Positions 14,401 to 27,798 of a stretch of 64,000 nucleotides of DNA are shown here, in pieces. The DNA comes from Bugula neritina (Eukaryota > Animalia > Bryozoa), in NCBI GenBank assembly GCA_964035545.1, contig OZ037769.1, positions 15,406,633 to 15,470,632 of the forward strand, written 5' to 3'. Under the pieces are notes generated by a model that was not told where the DNA came from, did not search any database, and saw nothing but the letters and a program-made list of their open reading frames with translations. Made by a program: the position numbers and the translations under genes. Within the stretch, counting starts at the first letter, position 1. Each line of letters begins with the position of its first letter.

Positions 14401-17400
14401 CCATAGAATTTAGATTGGGCAGAGAATTTGATAAGCTACGAGATGTTAAAAGTTAGGCGTAAATACTATTGAAGAGGTCAATGAGTAATAGAGGTGTGTG
14501 ATCACACAAACATAGACATACACTTTGTTGTGTTGATCTGAAGTTACACCATTGCTTACAACAAGTAAAACACAACTAAATCATGCGTATGCTGCAGACG
14601 ACGTATTGTTGCAGACGTAAGTTGCAGTTAAATGACTCACAGTGAATCAGTGACTCATCATTCAGTCATTGACTAATTAACTGGCAATAGATCAGTTACT
14701 AGTCAATAGATAAATAAGTCAATGACTAATAGACTGACTGAGTCAGTGACTGACTAAATTACTGACTGAATGACTGAGTCAGTGAGTCTGTGACTGACTA
14801 ATTTACTGACTGACTAATTTACTGACTGAATGATTGAGTCAGTGAGTCTGTGACTGACTAATTTACTGACTCATTAACTCAATGAGTCAAAAGTGCAAGC
14901 GATGTTTATATTAAGACAAAACAACATGTGAATGTCTATGCAGAGACCATACTTAGCAAACCATGATCAACGACAAGTACACAAGTATACTTGTCGTGGC
15001 TGCAACTCCTATATAAAGAAATGGAAAACAGAATAAAGTATAACAACTGAAACAATGCCATCTTATGCAATACCCACAGTACAAGATCATATTGAGAAAA
15101 AACACATGTAAGAAACAGTTGTTAGTATTGGAATGGGGGGGTTTACAATCTAAATATTGGAGAACTGAATGTAGGGAGTAAAAACAGTTCATATGCATAT
15201 CTAAACACCAAAAGTTAAAAGAGGCACAGTCCTTAGTAAATTAATATGTTTATTCTGAAAACAAGAAAAATAACTTTAACATAACGTATTGTCAAAGTTT
15301 TGGCGTTATTTCACCCACATTCATGTCCAACTTAATTAACTACTAATTAGAGCTTTGACAATCTCTTTTATTGATACATAATTGTCTTACCTTGGTAGTT
15401 GCAGCCGATGGTGAAGTCATGGTTTGATTACCAGGAGATTCAGTGGTGGAGTGAGTCTTTGGTGTGCTGGAGGAGTTGAGTGGTGGTAAAGGAGTGGATG
15501 TAGTCGTGGGTGGAGGTGGAGGGGGTGTTGGTGGAGGAGTTATGAATGTGGATAAAGTAGAACCAGATGGTGTGGTAGATCGAACAGATCGAGAATTAGA
15601 AGTAATATTAGGGCTGACTTGAGGCAGCAGAGTTGTAATGACTGTAGAGTTGCCAGCACCAGTGGTAGAGGTAGCTGGAGTAGTTGTTGTGGGTACAGGT
15701 GTTGTAGTTGTAGGTACAGGTGTTGTAGTTGTAGGTACAGGTGTTGTAGTTGTAGGTACAGGTGTTGTAGTTGTGGGTGCAAGTGTTGTAGTTATGTTTG
15801 TGGGAGTAGTTGTGGGTGCAAGTGTTGTAGTTGTGGGTACAGGTGTTGCAGTTGTAGGTGCAGGTGTTGTAGTTATGTTTGTGGGAGTAGTTGTGGGTGC
15901 AAGTGTTGTAGTTGTAGGTACAGGTGTTGTAGTTGTAGGTACAGGTGTTGTAGTTGTGGGTGCAAGTGTTGTAGTTGTGGGTACAGGTGTTGTAGTTGTA
16001 GGTACAGGTGTTGTAGTTGTAGGTACAGGTGTTGTAGTTGTAGGTACAGGTGTTGTAGTTGTGGGTGCAAGTGTTGTAGTTGTGGGTACAGGTGTTGTAG
16101 TTGTAGGTACAGGTGTTGTAATTGTGGGTACAAGTGTTGTAGTTGTGGTTGTAGTTGTGGGTGCAAGTGTTGTAGTTATGTTTGTGGTTGTAGTTGTGGG
16201 TACAGGTGTTGTAGTTGTGAGCACAGATGTTGTAGCTGTAGGTACAGGTGTTGTAGTTGTGGGTACAGATGTTGTAGCTGTAGATAAAGGTGTTGTAGTT
16301 GTGGGTACAGGTGTTGTAGTTGTGGGTACAGGTGTTGTAGTTGTGGGTACAGGTGTTGTAGTTGTGGGTGCAAGTGTTGTAGTTGTAGGTGCAAGTGTTG
16401 TAGTTGTAGGTACAGATGTTGTAGCTGTAGGTAAAGGTGTTGTAGTTGTGGGTACAGGTGTTGTAGTTGTGGGTACAGGTGTTGTAGTGGTAGGTGCAGG
16501 TGTTGTAGTTGTGGGTACAGGTGTTGTAGTTGTGGGTACAGGTGTTGTAGTTGTGGGTGCAAGTGTTGTAGTTGTAGGTGCAGGTGTTGTAGTTGTAGGT
16601 ACAGGTGTTGTAGTTGTGGGTGCAGGTGTTGTAGTTGTAGGTACAGGTGTTGTAGTTGTAGGTGCAGGTGTTGTAGTTGTGGGTACAGGTGTTGTAGTTG
16701 TAGGTACAGGTGTCGTAGTTGTGGTTGTAGTTGTAGGTACAGGTGTTGTAGTTGTGGGTACAGGTGTTGTAGTTGTGGGTACAGGTGTTGTAGTTGTGGG
16801 TGCAAGTGTTGTAGTTGTGGGTGCAAGTGTTGTAGTTGTGGTTGTAGTTGATGTGGTTGTAGTTGTGGGTGCAGGTGTTGTAGTTGTGGGTGCAAGTGTT
16901 GTAGTTGTGGTTGTAGTTGATGTGGTTGTAGTTGTGGGTGTAGGTGTTGTAGTGGTTGTAGTTGTAGGTGGAGAACTACTTTCCTTAGGTTTCACAGTAG
17001 TCGTCACTTCTGATGAGGGCACAACCCTGAAACAAAAGCCGGCAGCTCAGGGTAAAGACAGAGTGGAAAGCTGTTAACTCTGGCACACACTGGCACACAC
17101 CACAACATTCCTAAATGCCTAGAGCTATGGGAAACTGAATTGACTTTTTGACTGAAAAGTGTGAAAGTATAAAAATTTCAAAGCTACAAAAATTTTATAA
17201 CTGACTTCCAACATATGGATAATAAATAATTTTGATTTTTAGTTATGAAAGTTTTACTGTTTTTTGCACATTACCCCGACTTGACACCAAATATCCCTGA
17301 TTAATGGAGAACCAGGCAAGTCGAGTTATTTCTTCCAGACAACATAAATAACGTTGCCATATGAAAGCAGGCAGTAAAACTCAAGTGACAGATTTGGCTC

Positions 17401-20104
17401 TATTTGACTGCACACCAAAGCCGGCTCTTTTTAAGCAGCTAGTAACATGTGCCAAGATCAGTTTTCTTATTTCAGGAAAATAATTTTTTAAAATGTTTCC
17501 CTGTTGAGTAATTTTATTTAAGTGATTTATCAATTTGAATATGTTACCTTGTATATCGAGCAAAATTATTGAAAATTTTGTGATTTTTTTTTTTTAAGTA
17601 TAGTTATACTAGTATATGCCGGTTTATTAGAACCCATTCTTTCATCACTAAGAATTTGCTAATCAGAGTTACTAACCACTTTTTCTGATGCCAATAAAAA
17701 TGAAAATGGGACATAAATTTGATTTTCCCCCTTTTTTTCCTTAATTATACGCTAGATCGCTAGACTATTGTGGAGGTGGGACCTAACCAGTCACGATGCT
17801 GGATTAGTCAATGAATCTGTCACAAATTATCTAATATTTCTTCCTACTTCCTTTAACACACAATTCTCAATTTCTCAAACACCCGTCTTCTCAAGAGCAA
17901 CCACTAAAACTGGTGTAGGGAGATTCAACATAGCGCAACCAAAAGAGTTACATAAAAGTTTAAGTACAAAGTTACTGCTTTTGGGTCATTTTACTTAATT
18001 TAGCACACATTGGAAATCTCCAGTTTTCAGCTATTTTTCACAATTTAGCTGCTAATGAACATGGGTTTTTGTCCAAAACTAGCAAAATATCAATAAATAC
18101 ACCTAAATAATCAAGGTTCTTTTTCATTTTTGCTTGATTTCCCATGTTTTTCCTAATTATTCAGCTACTTTTGATTGTGGACTGTAACGACACACTTTGT
18201 GATTCAAAGATATTTTCAATTATTTACGCTCCGCTGTAAGTGTAAGTGAACAACTTACGTGGAAGATATTTGGGTAGAGGTCTGGGTGGGTGTACCTACA
18301 AATATAACCCATGTATATATCAGATAATATTTTGCATGTATGCAGCTGTATGTACAGCTTAGACTATATAATTATACTATAGAGTATAGAGTATATGAAC
18401 ACTGCAAGTATATACACTGTGTACATATTATCTATTATATGTAGACTACCACTAACCTAATCTAATTTATATTCCATTATAAATCACACTGGCCATAATT
18501 TGTAGTATATTAGATTTTATGGCTCACTAATATTAATATTGAATGTCACATAAATGCAGCTGCAGTCCTATACACAGTATAAATTATTATTGTATAGACT
18601 GGTATTTCAAGTGGCTTCACCCTATTATTTCCTTTAACAGCCTATTTATACTCATAATTTATAGCGCTGGATCTTCGTAAACCCACCAGGTGAAGGGGTG
18701 ATCGTCACTCCAACCTGCCTCTTCAGCCTTCTCTTGCCCAGTGATCCCCTACCCTTGCTAATCACCACTTGCCATCCAATTACGCCATGACTTAGCTTTC
18801 TGCCGAGACTTCCATCTTTTGCGGAAGTTTCTAGTCTCTCTAGAATATCCATCTGATTCGACTTGACAATCCCGCAGCCGACGTTCCAGTACAGCACGCT
18901 GCTCGTCTCGGCACTGTGAGACGTCTGCTTCTTCTGATCGCCGACTCCCGAGACGAGGGCAGACGCAGGGTCAGCAACATCCTCTACGGTCTGCGAGCGA
19001 AGAGATACGTGCTGCGGCTTCAGCGAGAGATACTCACTCAAGTCTCGTATTAAATTGTATCTCTCGTGAGGTCGCAAGGTGATCATGTTGGCGTTCACAG
19101 TGACCTTGACCTGAGTAAGAGAGTCCTGTGGTTTGCATACGACAGGCTCTTCGCTGGAGTGAGTCGGCTCGGCCACATCTCGGAGGTCAGTGGAGCGTAC
19201 AGTGATGGCGAAGAGGTCATTGTCTGCAGACAGGATGTATGTGCCTCTGTCCTTGCCACTCGGTACGCCTAGCAGTGTAGAACTCAGTGTGTCGTACGTA
19301 AGCCAAGTCGGTAAACTGGATTTGCCGACTTCAATCACCTACCAGATAAAATGAATATATATTTGTTTTCAAAGTAACAGGAAATGTAGGAATTCGGAAG
19401 AGTTAGGTGGAGCTGTTTATCTATGACGAGTTGAAACTTTCATCATTACCTTATCAAACAAAGACTCAAAAATGTGAATTTTGTTTCTAATGTTAGCATT
19501 TAACCACAGTTTTACACCACCATAAGTTGTGTATAACAACTACTACTTTAATTATTGATAAATTTTAAATAAGAATCAAGCAAAAGGAAAATATACAATT
19601 TTTACATGGCACAAGTAAGACAAAAAATGTTTATGCCTAATTGCAGTGAATGCAAATTTATGTATATTTTTCATCCTACAATTTTTACACCACACCTTGT
19701 GATATTTTCTCAAATACTGCTTACTCAAAGAACTTAGCTTGCCTTGTGCATTTTGTTACATTTTATCAAAGGTGATTGCTTCACGTTTTATGTCATAAAA
19801 GGAAGAAGAGTACAAAAGTTGCAAGACGTGAGCAATTAAATAAGAATTTGTAACAATACATAAAGCATAGTTTGCCACGTGATGTTTACATATGACTACT
19901 TATAGTAAATAAAAGAGCTTGTGAAGACCTCCTTGTTATTGCAGTTAGTAGTAGTAGTGTTAGTAGTAGTAGTACTAGTACTAGTAGTAGCAGTGTTAGT
20001 AGAGTTAGTAGTAGTGTTGGTAGTAGTAGTAGTAGTACTAGTAGTAGTAGTAGTAGTAGTGTTAGTAGAGTTAGTAGTAGTGTTGGTAGTAGTAGTAGTA
20101 GTAC

Positions 20105-20142
<38 letters not shown>

Positions 20143-23100
20143 CTAGTAGTAATAGTGGTAGTAGTAGTGTAGTAGTAGTAGTAGTAATGGTAGTAGTAGT
20201 AGTAGTAGTAGTAATAGTACTAGTAGTACTAACTGGTAGTACTACTAGCAAAAGTTACAACAGTTCAGGGTAGAAGTTATCAGCATTAATTTGCTTCTCG
20301 AAATCAAAATTCTAGTAGAAATGCACCGAAGCCGACTAGTATTGATTTTAACTAAAGAGTTGATATGAACATTGAGTATTTAATATTTGCAACTGGCCAC
20401 CAGCCACACTAACTTGAAAGCAGAATTGCCACCCTTTAAAGTCTAAGAGAAACAAGGTCACATTCTACCACCATTAATAACTCCCAGGCAAACCACTGTA
20501 GAAAATAAAAAGCGATAAAACTGTCCAAAGAGGTTCTAAAGTCAAAACTTACAGGAAAGTTTCAACAGTGTCTGTCTGTAACAAGATTTATTTATGTGAA
20601 CTTTTATTCTGCGCTATAAATAAAGCAGGAAAACATTTATTCAAATTAAATCTTTTTATAAAGTTTTTTTTTGCAATTAGAATAACAAATAGACATTAAT
20701 CTTGTCACTTACTGTTGCAAGAGAAAAAAAACTTGGCTTCAGTTTGATGAGGGAAAACTCAAGCCAAGTATGTAAAATTCATGTGAAAGTAGAAGGCTGG
20801 GTCCATGCAGGATGATGCAAAGGCTATGTTTCAAAGGTCGAAGATGGAGTAGCAAATGCACAGTGAAAGAGTGAAAAATATTGTTATGAACAAAGAAAGT
20901 TATCTTATTACACATCGATGACATACAATGAAATACAATACAAGATGTAACAACTAGCTTGGATAATTTGTTTGAAAAGTTGAAACATCAAAGAAACACA
21001 CCTTTAATTTGGTGCACACAGGAGTGTTGGACTTACACTTAAAATTTATTATAAAATGTAGAAATACTATGATTCGTGAATTTATCAATATAAATATCAG
21101 ATTATCCTACAAGCAGGTTGAAATGACATATATTGTGAAATGCTGCATTGGTAGGTTTTCTAATTGGTGCAAGAAACCACTGCTGAACTAAATGATACTG
21201 ATTAAGACATACCACAACTAATAATTATACTCAAGTTAGCACTTGATCACCAGGTGAGGTTAACCCAGCCGGCATTTGACACATCAATAATCATAATCTA
21301 TCTCAGTTCTCCCATGGCAGGTCATTAAATTACAAATGTAATTCATTTTAAAACTTTATTAAACTGTAAAATCTTAGAGAATTTCCACCTTTTTCTCAAA
21401 GACTGATTTTATAATCAAATACGTTATAGTAACAAACTAGGATCCAGACTTGTAATGTTAATCTCATCTAAAACGCATTCACCAGTGTCAGTCATTGCAA
21501 AATGCTTCAAAAAGCCACATTGTCAAGTTATTGCTCTTGCTGTGGCGAGAAGAACAGAGGTTTGATTCATGACAACAAATTACCTTTGTGTCAGCACTCT
21601 TGCCGGGCAGCGTGTACAGGAACTGTCTGTCCACATACGCTGCCACATCAGGTAGATTTGATGTTGAGTCAGCAAATGTCATATACAGCAATCCTTGTAG
21701 AATAATATACAGGCAAAGTGTCATTGTGCAGTGTGAACTTTACCAGCTGGTTTAACCTAAAATCATATAATCTTTGGTTGTTTGAAAACAGAAATAGTCA
21801 TATTTTAATATTGATACTATCTTGCATGTAAGCAGTGTAACAGAATTTCCTCAAACCCAACTAAATTTCTTATAATGCCAGTTGTTTATCTACACAGTCA
21901 TAACAATAATTTGTTAGTTTAAGAATATGATGACTATAATAGGCAGCTAGAAGTTAGCTGTATACAATGAGTGTAAGGGCAACAGTTTCATTCCACTAGC
22001 CAATATCACATCAATAAGACCTTATGATAATACTATGATTGTTTTAGAAGTAATTTCAAAGTACATGTTTTATAGAAACTAAATTCCAGTTTTTCAGATT
22101 ACAAATTGATGCTTCAACACTTTAACTAATTATATAATTCTGATCTGATGCATGCTCTACACATCTGACCGTGTTTATTATATTATGTTATATTATTATA
22201 CATTTAAATCATCAAAATATTTTTGAAAGCCAGTCACTCATTTGTCACAAGGAAAAGTAAAAGGTTTATGTCGGTGACTTAAGTTGTTGGTTTATTAATA
22301 TTATACTAAAACAGCTGCATAAAACTAATTATTAAAGTTATGCTGAAAGGTTTATGATAAAGTTTTGCAGAAGCCTTGTTTTTAAAATAAAATTATTCAG
22401 AAAAAACTTCAATGTATTGGTAGTAGCTGATTTAGTTCTTGTCTACTTTATTACTACAACCAACAGACTTTTATTACTTTTTCCCACAAATAGAAATTTG
22501 AATTTATTATATTCATTAGCGTTTTTGTTTATGAATAGTTTCAGCTTTACTGTTCTCTTTTGAACATGTATTCTTTCTTTCTTCCCTTACACAAGTAAGT
22601 TCAAGTTTAAATTGTTTTCCAAATTACAAGTTTACCCAGTGTTATTATTACCAGTACCACAGTCATTATTATTCTATTCTATATGTATCAACGCTCATTA
22701 AATATGGTAAAATAAAGCAATAGTATTCCAACCTTATTATCTTTCTAAAACTCTAAGTTAGTGTTACACTAACAAAGTATCAATAAAAAGTTTAGATGTG
22801 ATCACCTCTACAAATGTAGTTGATTATTATTATACTTTTTTATAAACAATACACTTATTGTCAGATCATGACTAGGAGACTGAATATCACTATCACTATC
22901 ACTATGAGACTGAGTATGAGTGTTGTCCTACTGGTACTGATAGTATGAATATTACCATCACAATAATGATGATAGTCATATTCATATTGATAATGATAAA
23001 CTTATTACAAGTTTAATCATAATGATTGCCATCCTTATAAAGCTAAAACTCCAAGCTTAAGGCTAGCGACTAAGTAGCAATAATTATAATACTAAACATT

Positions 23101-23378
23101 CTGATTTTCCATATTCAATTCCATGGCCATACTTGAACTTCATGGTCATAGTCATAGTAATAGGTGATACTGATAGTGATAATAGAAACATTAACTAATA
23201 GTAATACTAGTAATTGTAAGTCTAATAACTATAAGATTTATACTTAATATTATAGTTATACCAACCTATATAGTGATATACCATTGATAAATTAAAATAC
23301 TTTGATTTTTAAGAGCCGCACTATAGGGCTAAACAACTTCTTACTAGCAAATAAAAGACGGATTTGTGCGTGGAACAT
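5463..23378 (-). CDS. DAG1: Dystroglycan-like type I membrane glycoprotein (cadherin-like/CADG and S6-like N-terminus, furin site, mucin region, two CADG-SEA modules, TM, PPxY tail), about 1431 aa
   Basis: Exons (minus strand): 23378-23345, 21693-21584, 19338-18687, 18295-18259, 17026-15391, 10910-10758, 8821-8585, 8230-8022, 7012-6781, 6458-5463; phases are consistent. Motifs: LPTWLTYD..LLGVPS, SALVSGVGD, LYWNVGCG, VIGWQV, RRLKR furin site, SWLSFD..LALPL, SSGSVVV (SEA cleavage-type), TM VLYVIIPLTVVIVVVIIVIVVAVVCI, GVPVVMEGEL, PPAY. The first two exons are less certain (AAG acceptor at 21694). Confidence 0.88.
7028..7262. repeat. 20-bp minisatellite (gtgagacttggggaaaatga-like) abutting the dystroglycan acceptor at 7013
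   Basis: About 12 tandem units with a higher-order duplication. Confidence 0.9.
12401..12797. repeat. 14-bp minisatellite (acctacactatata)
   Basis: About 29 tandem units, some 12-bp variants. Confidence 0.95.
14690..14890. repeat. Degenerate gactgact/gagtcagt repeat
   Basis: Repeated gactgactaatttactgactgaatga.tgagtcagtgagtctgt blocks. Confidence 0.7.
15391..17026 (-). repeat. Coding tandem repeat: mucin-like exon of dystroglycan (21-bp unit, PVPTTTT/LAPTTTT)
   Basis: ORF 15343..17022(-) is almost all Thr/Pro heptads. It is bounded by tttcag at 17027 and AAG|gtaaga at 15391. Confidence 0.9.
19945..20248. repeat. (TAG/CTA)n imperfect microsatellite in a dystroglycan intron
   Basis: About 100 gta units; gives spurious poly-V/L/T ORFs. 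Confidence 0.95.
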
Positions 23379-23379
23379 T

Positions 23380-23720
23380 TATAAACAATGATGCTACAGT
23401 CGGAGCGCACCTGAACGGTGTTACAGGAACACTTGGAAAATAGCATTTTAGGTTGCCACAACTTACTCCATGCTTGATTTTAATCACGTGGTTTGCAGAC
23501 TTGTCCAATCCGTGTAAGCTATTAAGCTGTCAAAAGTAAACATAGATTTGTCTGTCTATCAAATTGAGCATGATTGGTTAGTTTGAGTACTTACGTCTAC
23601 CATTGGTCAAAAGTTTCACCAATGAATTTCATACGTAAGGCGAGCACAATAGTAAACTTTCTACTCATCATCTAATACGGAAATCCGATGCAAGTTGTTG
23701 TGGTCTGTTTCCTTACGGTA
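23380..23720. promoter_or_regulatory. Putative bidirectional promoter shared by dystroglycan (-) and iPLA2 (+)
   Basis: Locally CpG-richer island in very AT-rich DNA. It has an E-box CACGTG (23485), four CCAAT/ATTGG boxes (23505, 23573, 23602, 23619) and CGGAAA (about 23678). The dystroglycan ATG is at 23378, and a probable iPLA2 5'UTR donor ACG|gtaact at 23717 could join the acceptor at 25002. Confidence 0.6.
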
Positions 23721-25027
23721 ACTATTGTTTACTTTGTTACATTTAAATGCTCTCAACTTTTTTGTATGTAGTATATATCAACTAAGTTTAGCTATTTTTA
23801 AAGGTGTGTCACTTTTTATTTGAATTTACAGTTTTAGCTATTTGAATTTTGGATTAAGAGTGGTGTTATGTTGAAAATACTTTAGAGTTTAGACTAACTT
23901 CAACTTGAAGTTAAAGTTTCAACTTAAAGTTAAACTTTAACTTAAAGATTAAAAGTAAAATTAAGTCATGTTGATATAGATGTTAATAGTTTTACTGGAT
24001 TTGATATTTATATAGTATTTAATATTGCTATATTTACAGTTACACAAATATTTTTGTTTAATGATCGTCTTGTAACTACACAGTTTGAGTTACACTTTGA
24101 ATTAGTGACTTATACTTATAGCGACAATTATAATTATTTACTTGTATTTTCCATTAAATGTTAGTATTACGATAAGTATTACCTTTGCATACAATTACTA
24201 TTATAGTTATAATATTAATATATTATACTTATAGTTGTTGGCTATACTATAAGAGGTGGGTAGCCATTATACCGACACCTATAATTAATTTTAACTCACC
24301 TCGTAAAGTTACGAACTAGTACTTGTAGTAGTTTTATTTTGAGTTTGTAATAATACAAACAATTTCAAAATGATTATAATTGAGGTTTATTTCTAATCTT
24401 TATTTTATTCAGTGTGACGCTGATAAGTGCTACTGACTTACAATTACATTTATGGTATTGGTTGTATTTGTTCAGTTTGAAATTCCAATGACTAGTTGTA
24501 AGCAGTAATAATATTAAATTACTTTAGCTTGTAGTTAGTGTTACTAACAACTCTAATTCTAAGACTAATATATAAATATATATATATAACTTTATTTAGA
24601 TGGGATCAAGTTATTTTTGTTTCAGTTTTACAAAATATCTGCTCATTCACTGTTCAGTTATTGAATCAGTATTACTATTATAAATGTTCAATATGTTTTG
24701 TTTTATTTTTATAATTGAGCTTTTTTTAAATTAAAATTCAAATCTCGCACTTAAAGTCACACATGCAATTGTTTTTTATTTATATTTTAATTTAAACAAT
24801 TTTATTGTTGCTTTTGCTTAGAAAAATAATAATGTGGTTGCGATTTAGTCAGGTGCGAAATATTTAAATTTCAACATCATATGTTTACAAATAGAAGCAT
24901 GTGGATAAAACTCAAAAGTTTGTACCTCAGCTTATAATTTTTTAGTCAGTTGGTTTGTCAATTTGACACAATATTTGTAAAAGAAGTTTCAACTTTTGTT
25001 AGGTGTGACATTATCTGTATACAAACA

Positions 25028-27278
25028 ATGAATTTCATATCGTCGATAGTAACGAAGGTGTCAGAAACCTTAAGTTCATCGGCAAATTATTCTGTTACTG
25101 ACATACCCCGCTCTTTACTGTTACAGTAAGTTATATCTGTTTCATTTCTACTCTTTGCAAACTTTAACTCCCCAAACACATGTTTATAACTTTGTAGATA
25201 AACTGGATTTGATTCTTATCTGGCAACTTAATCAAACATATTGCATTATTAGAAGTTATGAGCTTTATTTATTTGATTATTTGTTTTTTCTTTGCTATTA
25301 CTTCACTTTAGTTATGACTTGAAATCCTGTTTTTATGAATGTCTATCTATTTTTTGTAAATATACGCTATTTTTGCACAATATGAAGAAAATTTAAACCA
25401 TCACAACACACCGAGTTGAACAATACGGTATATTATTTTCACTTATCTCAACACAGGTACGAGCCCGTATCATCTGATGATGCGTGTAACTCTAAGCTGT
25501 ATAAGACAGGACTTGGGAAAGATGAGCGATACATCTATGTGCTCACTGTACCTGGCTCTGTGCCAAAGTACTTTAGGCTCTTCCATTTAGCCAATGAGGC
25601 GGAGGCCCTGTCTTTGTATAGTCTGTTTAGTACCAGAGTTGTCCCTCTTGTCGCGGTCTCTAAGTCTATATCCAGTTCTACCTCCAAAATACAGGTGAAA
25701 AGTTGTCTCAGCGCTACTATTAGTATTTGTAAAGTTGCCTTGTCTCAAATATAAAAATATTACTTCAAATATATGCAAAAATATGATGACTTTATTTAGC
25801 TTTTTATATATTCTTTAAAGGCTGAGTTACCAAGACTAACGATGCCAACTGGTTATGTTCATTAATGGTTTAGCTTTTTCTTTTCGTTTTAGTGAAATGT
25901 AGATGCATTGTGGGAAATGTAATCTGCGTAAACCACACCATCTAATTTCAGATCTAACTACACGTTGAACTGCCATGCAATTTTAATTCGTGACAGTTTT
26001 AATCAGTTTGTTATTGAAAAAAATTCATGGTAGAAATCATTTAGTGGTAAAATCAGTGCCGACCCAACATGACGTATCAGTAACTGTGTACCAGCTAGTA
26101 TATCTCTACTATAGTGTCATGCAGTGTTTTGTTTTTGGCCAATCAGGACATCTGTCACAAAGTTCGCGAGAATCCATCCAACTCTGTGACTCATCTTTGC
26201 GTTAAGTTGGGACTGAAAGACGCGATCAAGCGACATTATCCAGAAATTGTCAGGTGTGTTGTCTACCAATTTACCTTATACAACCTCTATCTTTCATTTA
26301 CCTGCAGTGTGTTTTCTGTTATTTTACCTGCAATTCATACAGTGTGTATTATGTTTATTTACCTGCAGCATATAATGTAGTGAGTCAACTATGTCCGAAA
26401 AGGTGTCAGTAAGGTGTCATCTAACTTCTTAAAGGACAGAGTAACACACTTCTACCTTCATGTAGTCTGTTCTCATATTAGACTAACTCTTTGTAGACTT
26501 GGTATACAGAGTATTATATGGCAGTAAGACTTTGAAAATATCTATCAAGTTACTTGAAATAGAAAAATTATTTTCATTTGACTGGCGTTCTAAAAACAAG
26601 TTGTGTGGTTTACTTCTTTTTCGTAGTTGAATAATCGCTTGTTTATAGGTAAGTATTTTTCTCAGTATGTTCTCCGTTATATCATTTATTAATGTGAAGC
26701 TAAATATTTCAGCTCTTATATGCCAGCTGCAATACTCTGTGCATTTAATGTGCAATAATGTTCATCTCCAGTCTTTTGTCTAAGTCTCTTCATAAAACAG
26801 TAAATGTATTTAGTTTCTCTTTAATACTCTTGTCCATCTGACAAAGTGGTAGTTTCTCTTTATTCTTCTTGTCTATCTGATAAAGTAGTAGTTTCTCTTT
26901 AATACTTTTGACCATTTGACAAAGTGGTAGTTTCTCTTTAATATTCTTGACCATCTGACAAAGTGGTAGTTTCTCTTTCATGTTTCTCCATCATACAGTG
27001 TGACATTGTGTGGCTACTAATGCTATAAACTAATCTAATTTATAGGGCAGTTTAACTTAAACAGTCTCCTGGTGTATATTTTAGAAATGTGAATGCACTA
27101 GATGACACCAACAGCAGCCCACTACACTTGGCATGTTTCTCTCCGGATGTGAATGCTGACTTCGTCAAGGAGCTGATCGTACTTGGTGCTGACGTGACGT
27201 TACGCGATATTCACGGTGACACGGCATTCCATCACGCTGCCAGGAATTGTCCTCAAAAGTTACAGGTTAATCTACTAG

Positions 27279-27352
<74 letters not shown>

Positions 27353-27371
27353 ATACTACTACTACTACTAT

Positions 27372-27402
<31 letters not shown>

Positions 27403-27418
27403 GCTGCTACTACTGCTG

Positions 27419-27460
<42 letters not shown>

Positions 27461-27686
27461 TTACTACTAGTACTACTACTACTAGTACTACTACTATTAC
27501 TACTGCTACTACTACTACTACTACTAGTACTACTACTACTACTACTACTACTAGTACTACTACTATTACTACTGCTACTGCTACTACTACTATTACTACT
27601 ACTACTACTGCTACTAGTACTACTACTACTACTACTACTACTGCTACTACTATTGCTACTACTACTACTAGTACTAGTAGTAGTAG

Positions 27687-27720
<34 letters not shown>

Positions 27721-27740
27721 GCTGCTACTACTGCTGCTAC

Positions 27741-27798
<58 letters not shown>

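Noticed and set aside
15540-17077. Long alternative-frame ORFs (poly-VVVGTG, CCSCRYR, QLQHL)
   Set aside because: Shadow frames of the 21-bp coding repeat; only the Thr/Pro frame splices in phase.
21259-21756. piggyBac-like TTAA-flanked inverted ends around dystroglycan exon 2
   Set aside because: Only 11 of 13 bases match and the interval contains a host exon; compatible with chance.
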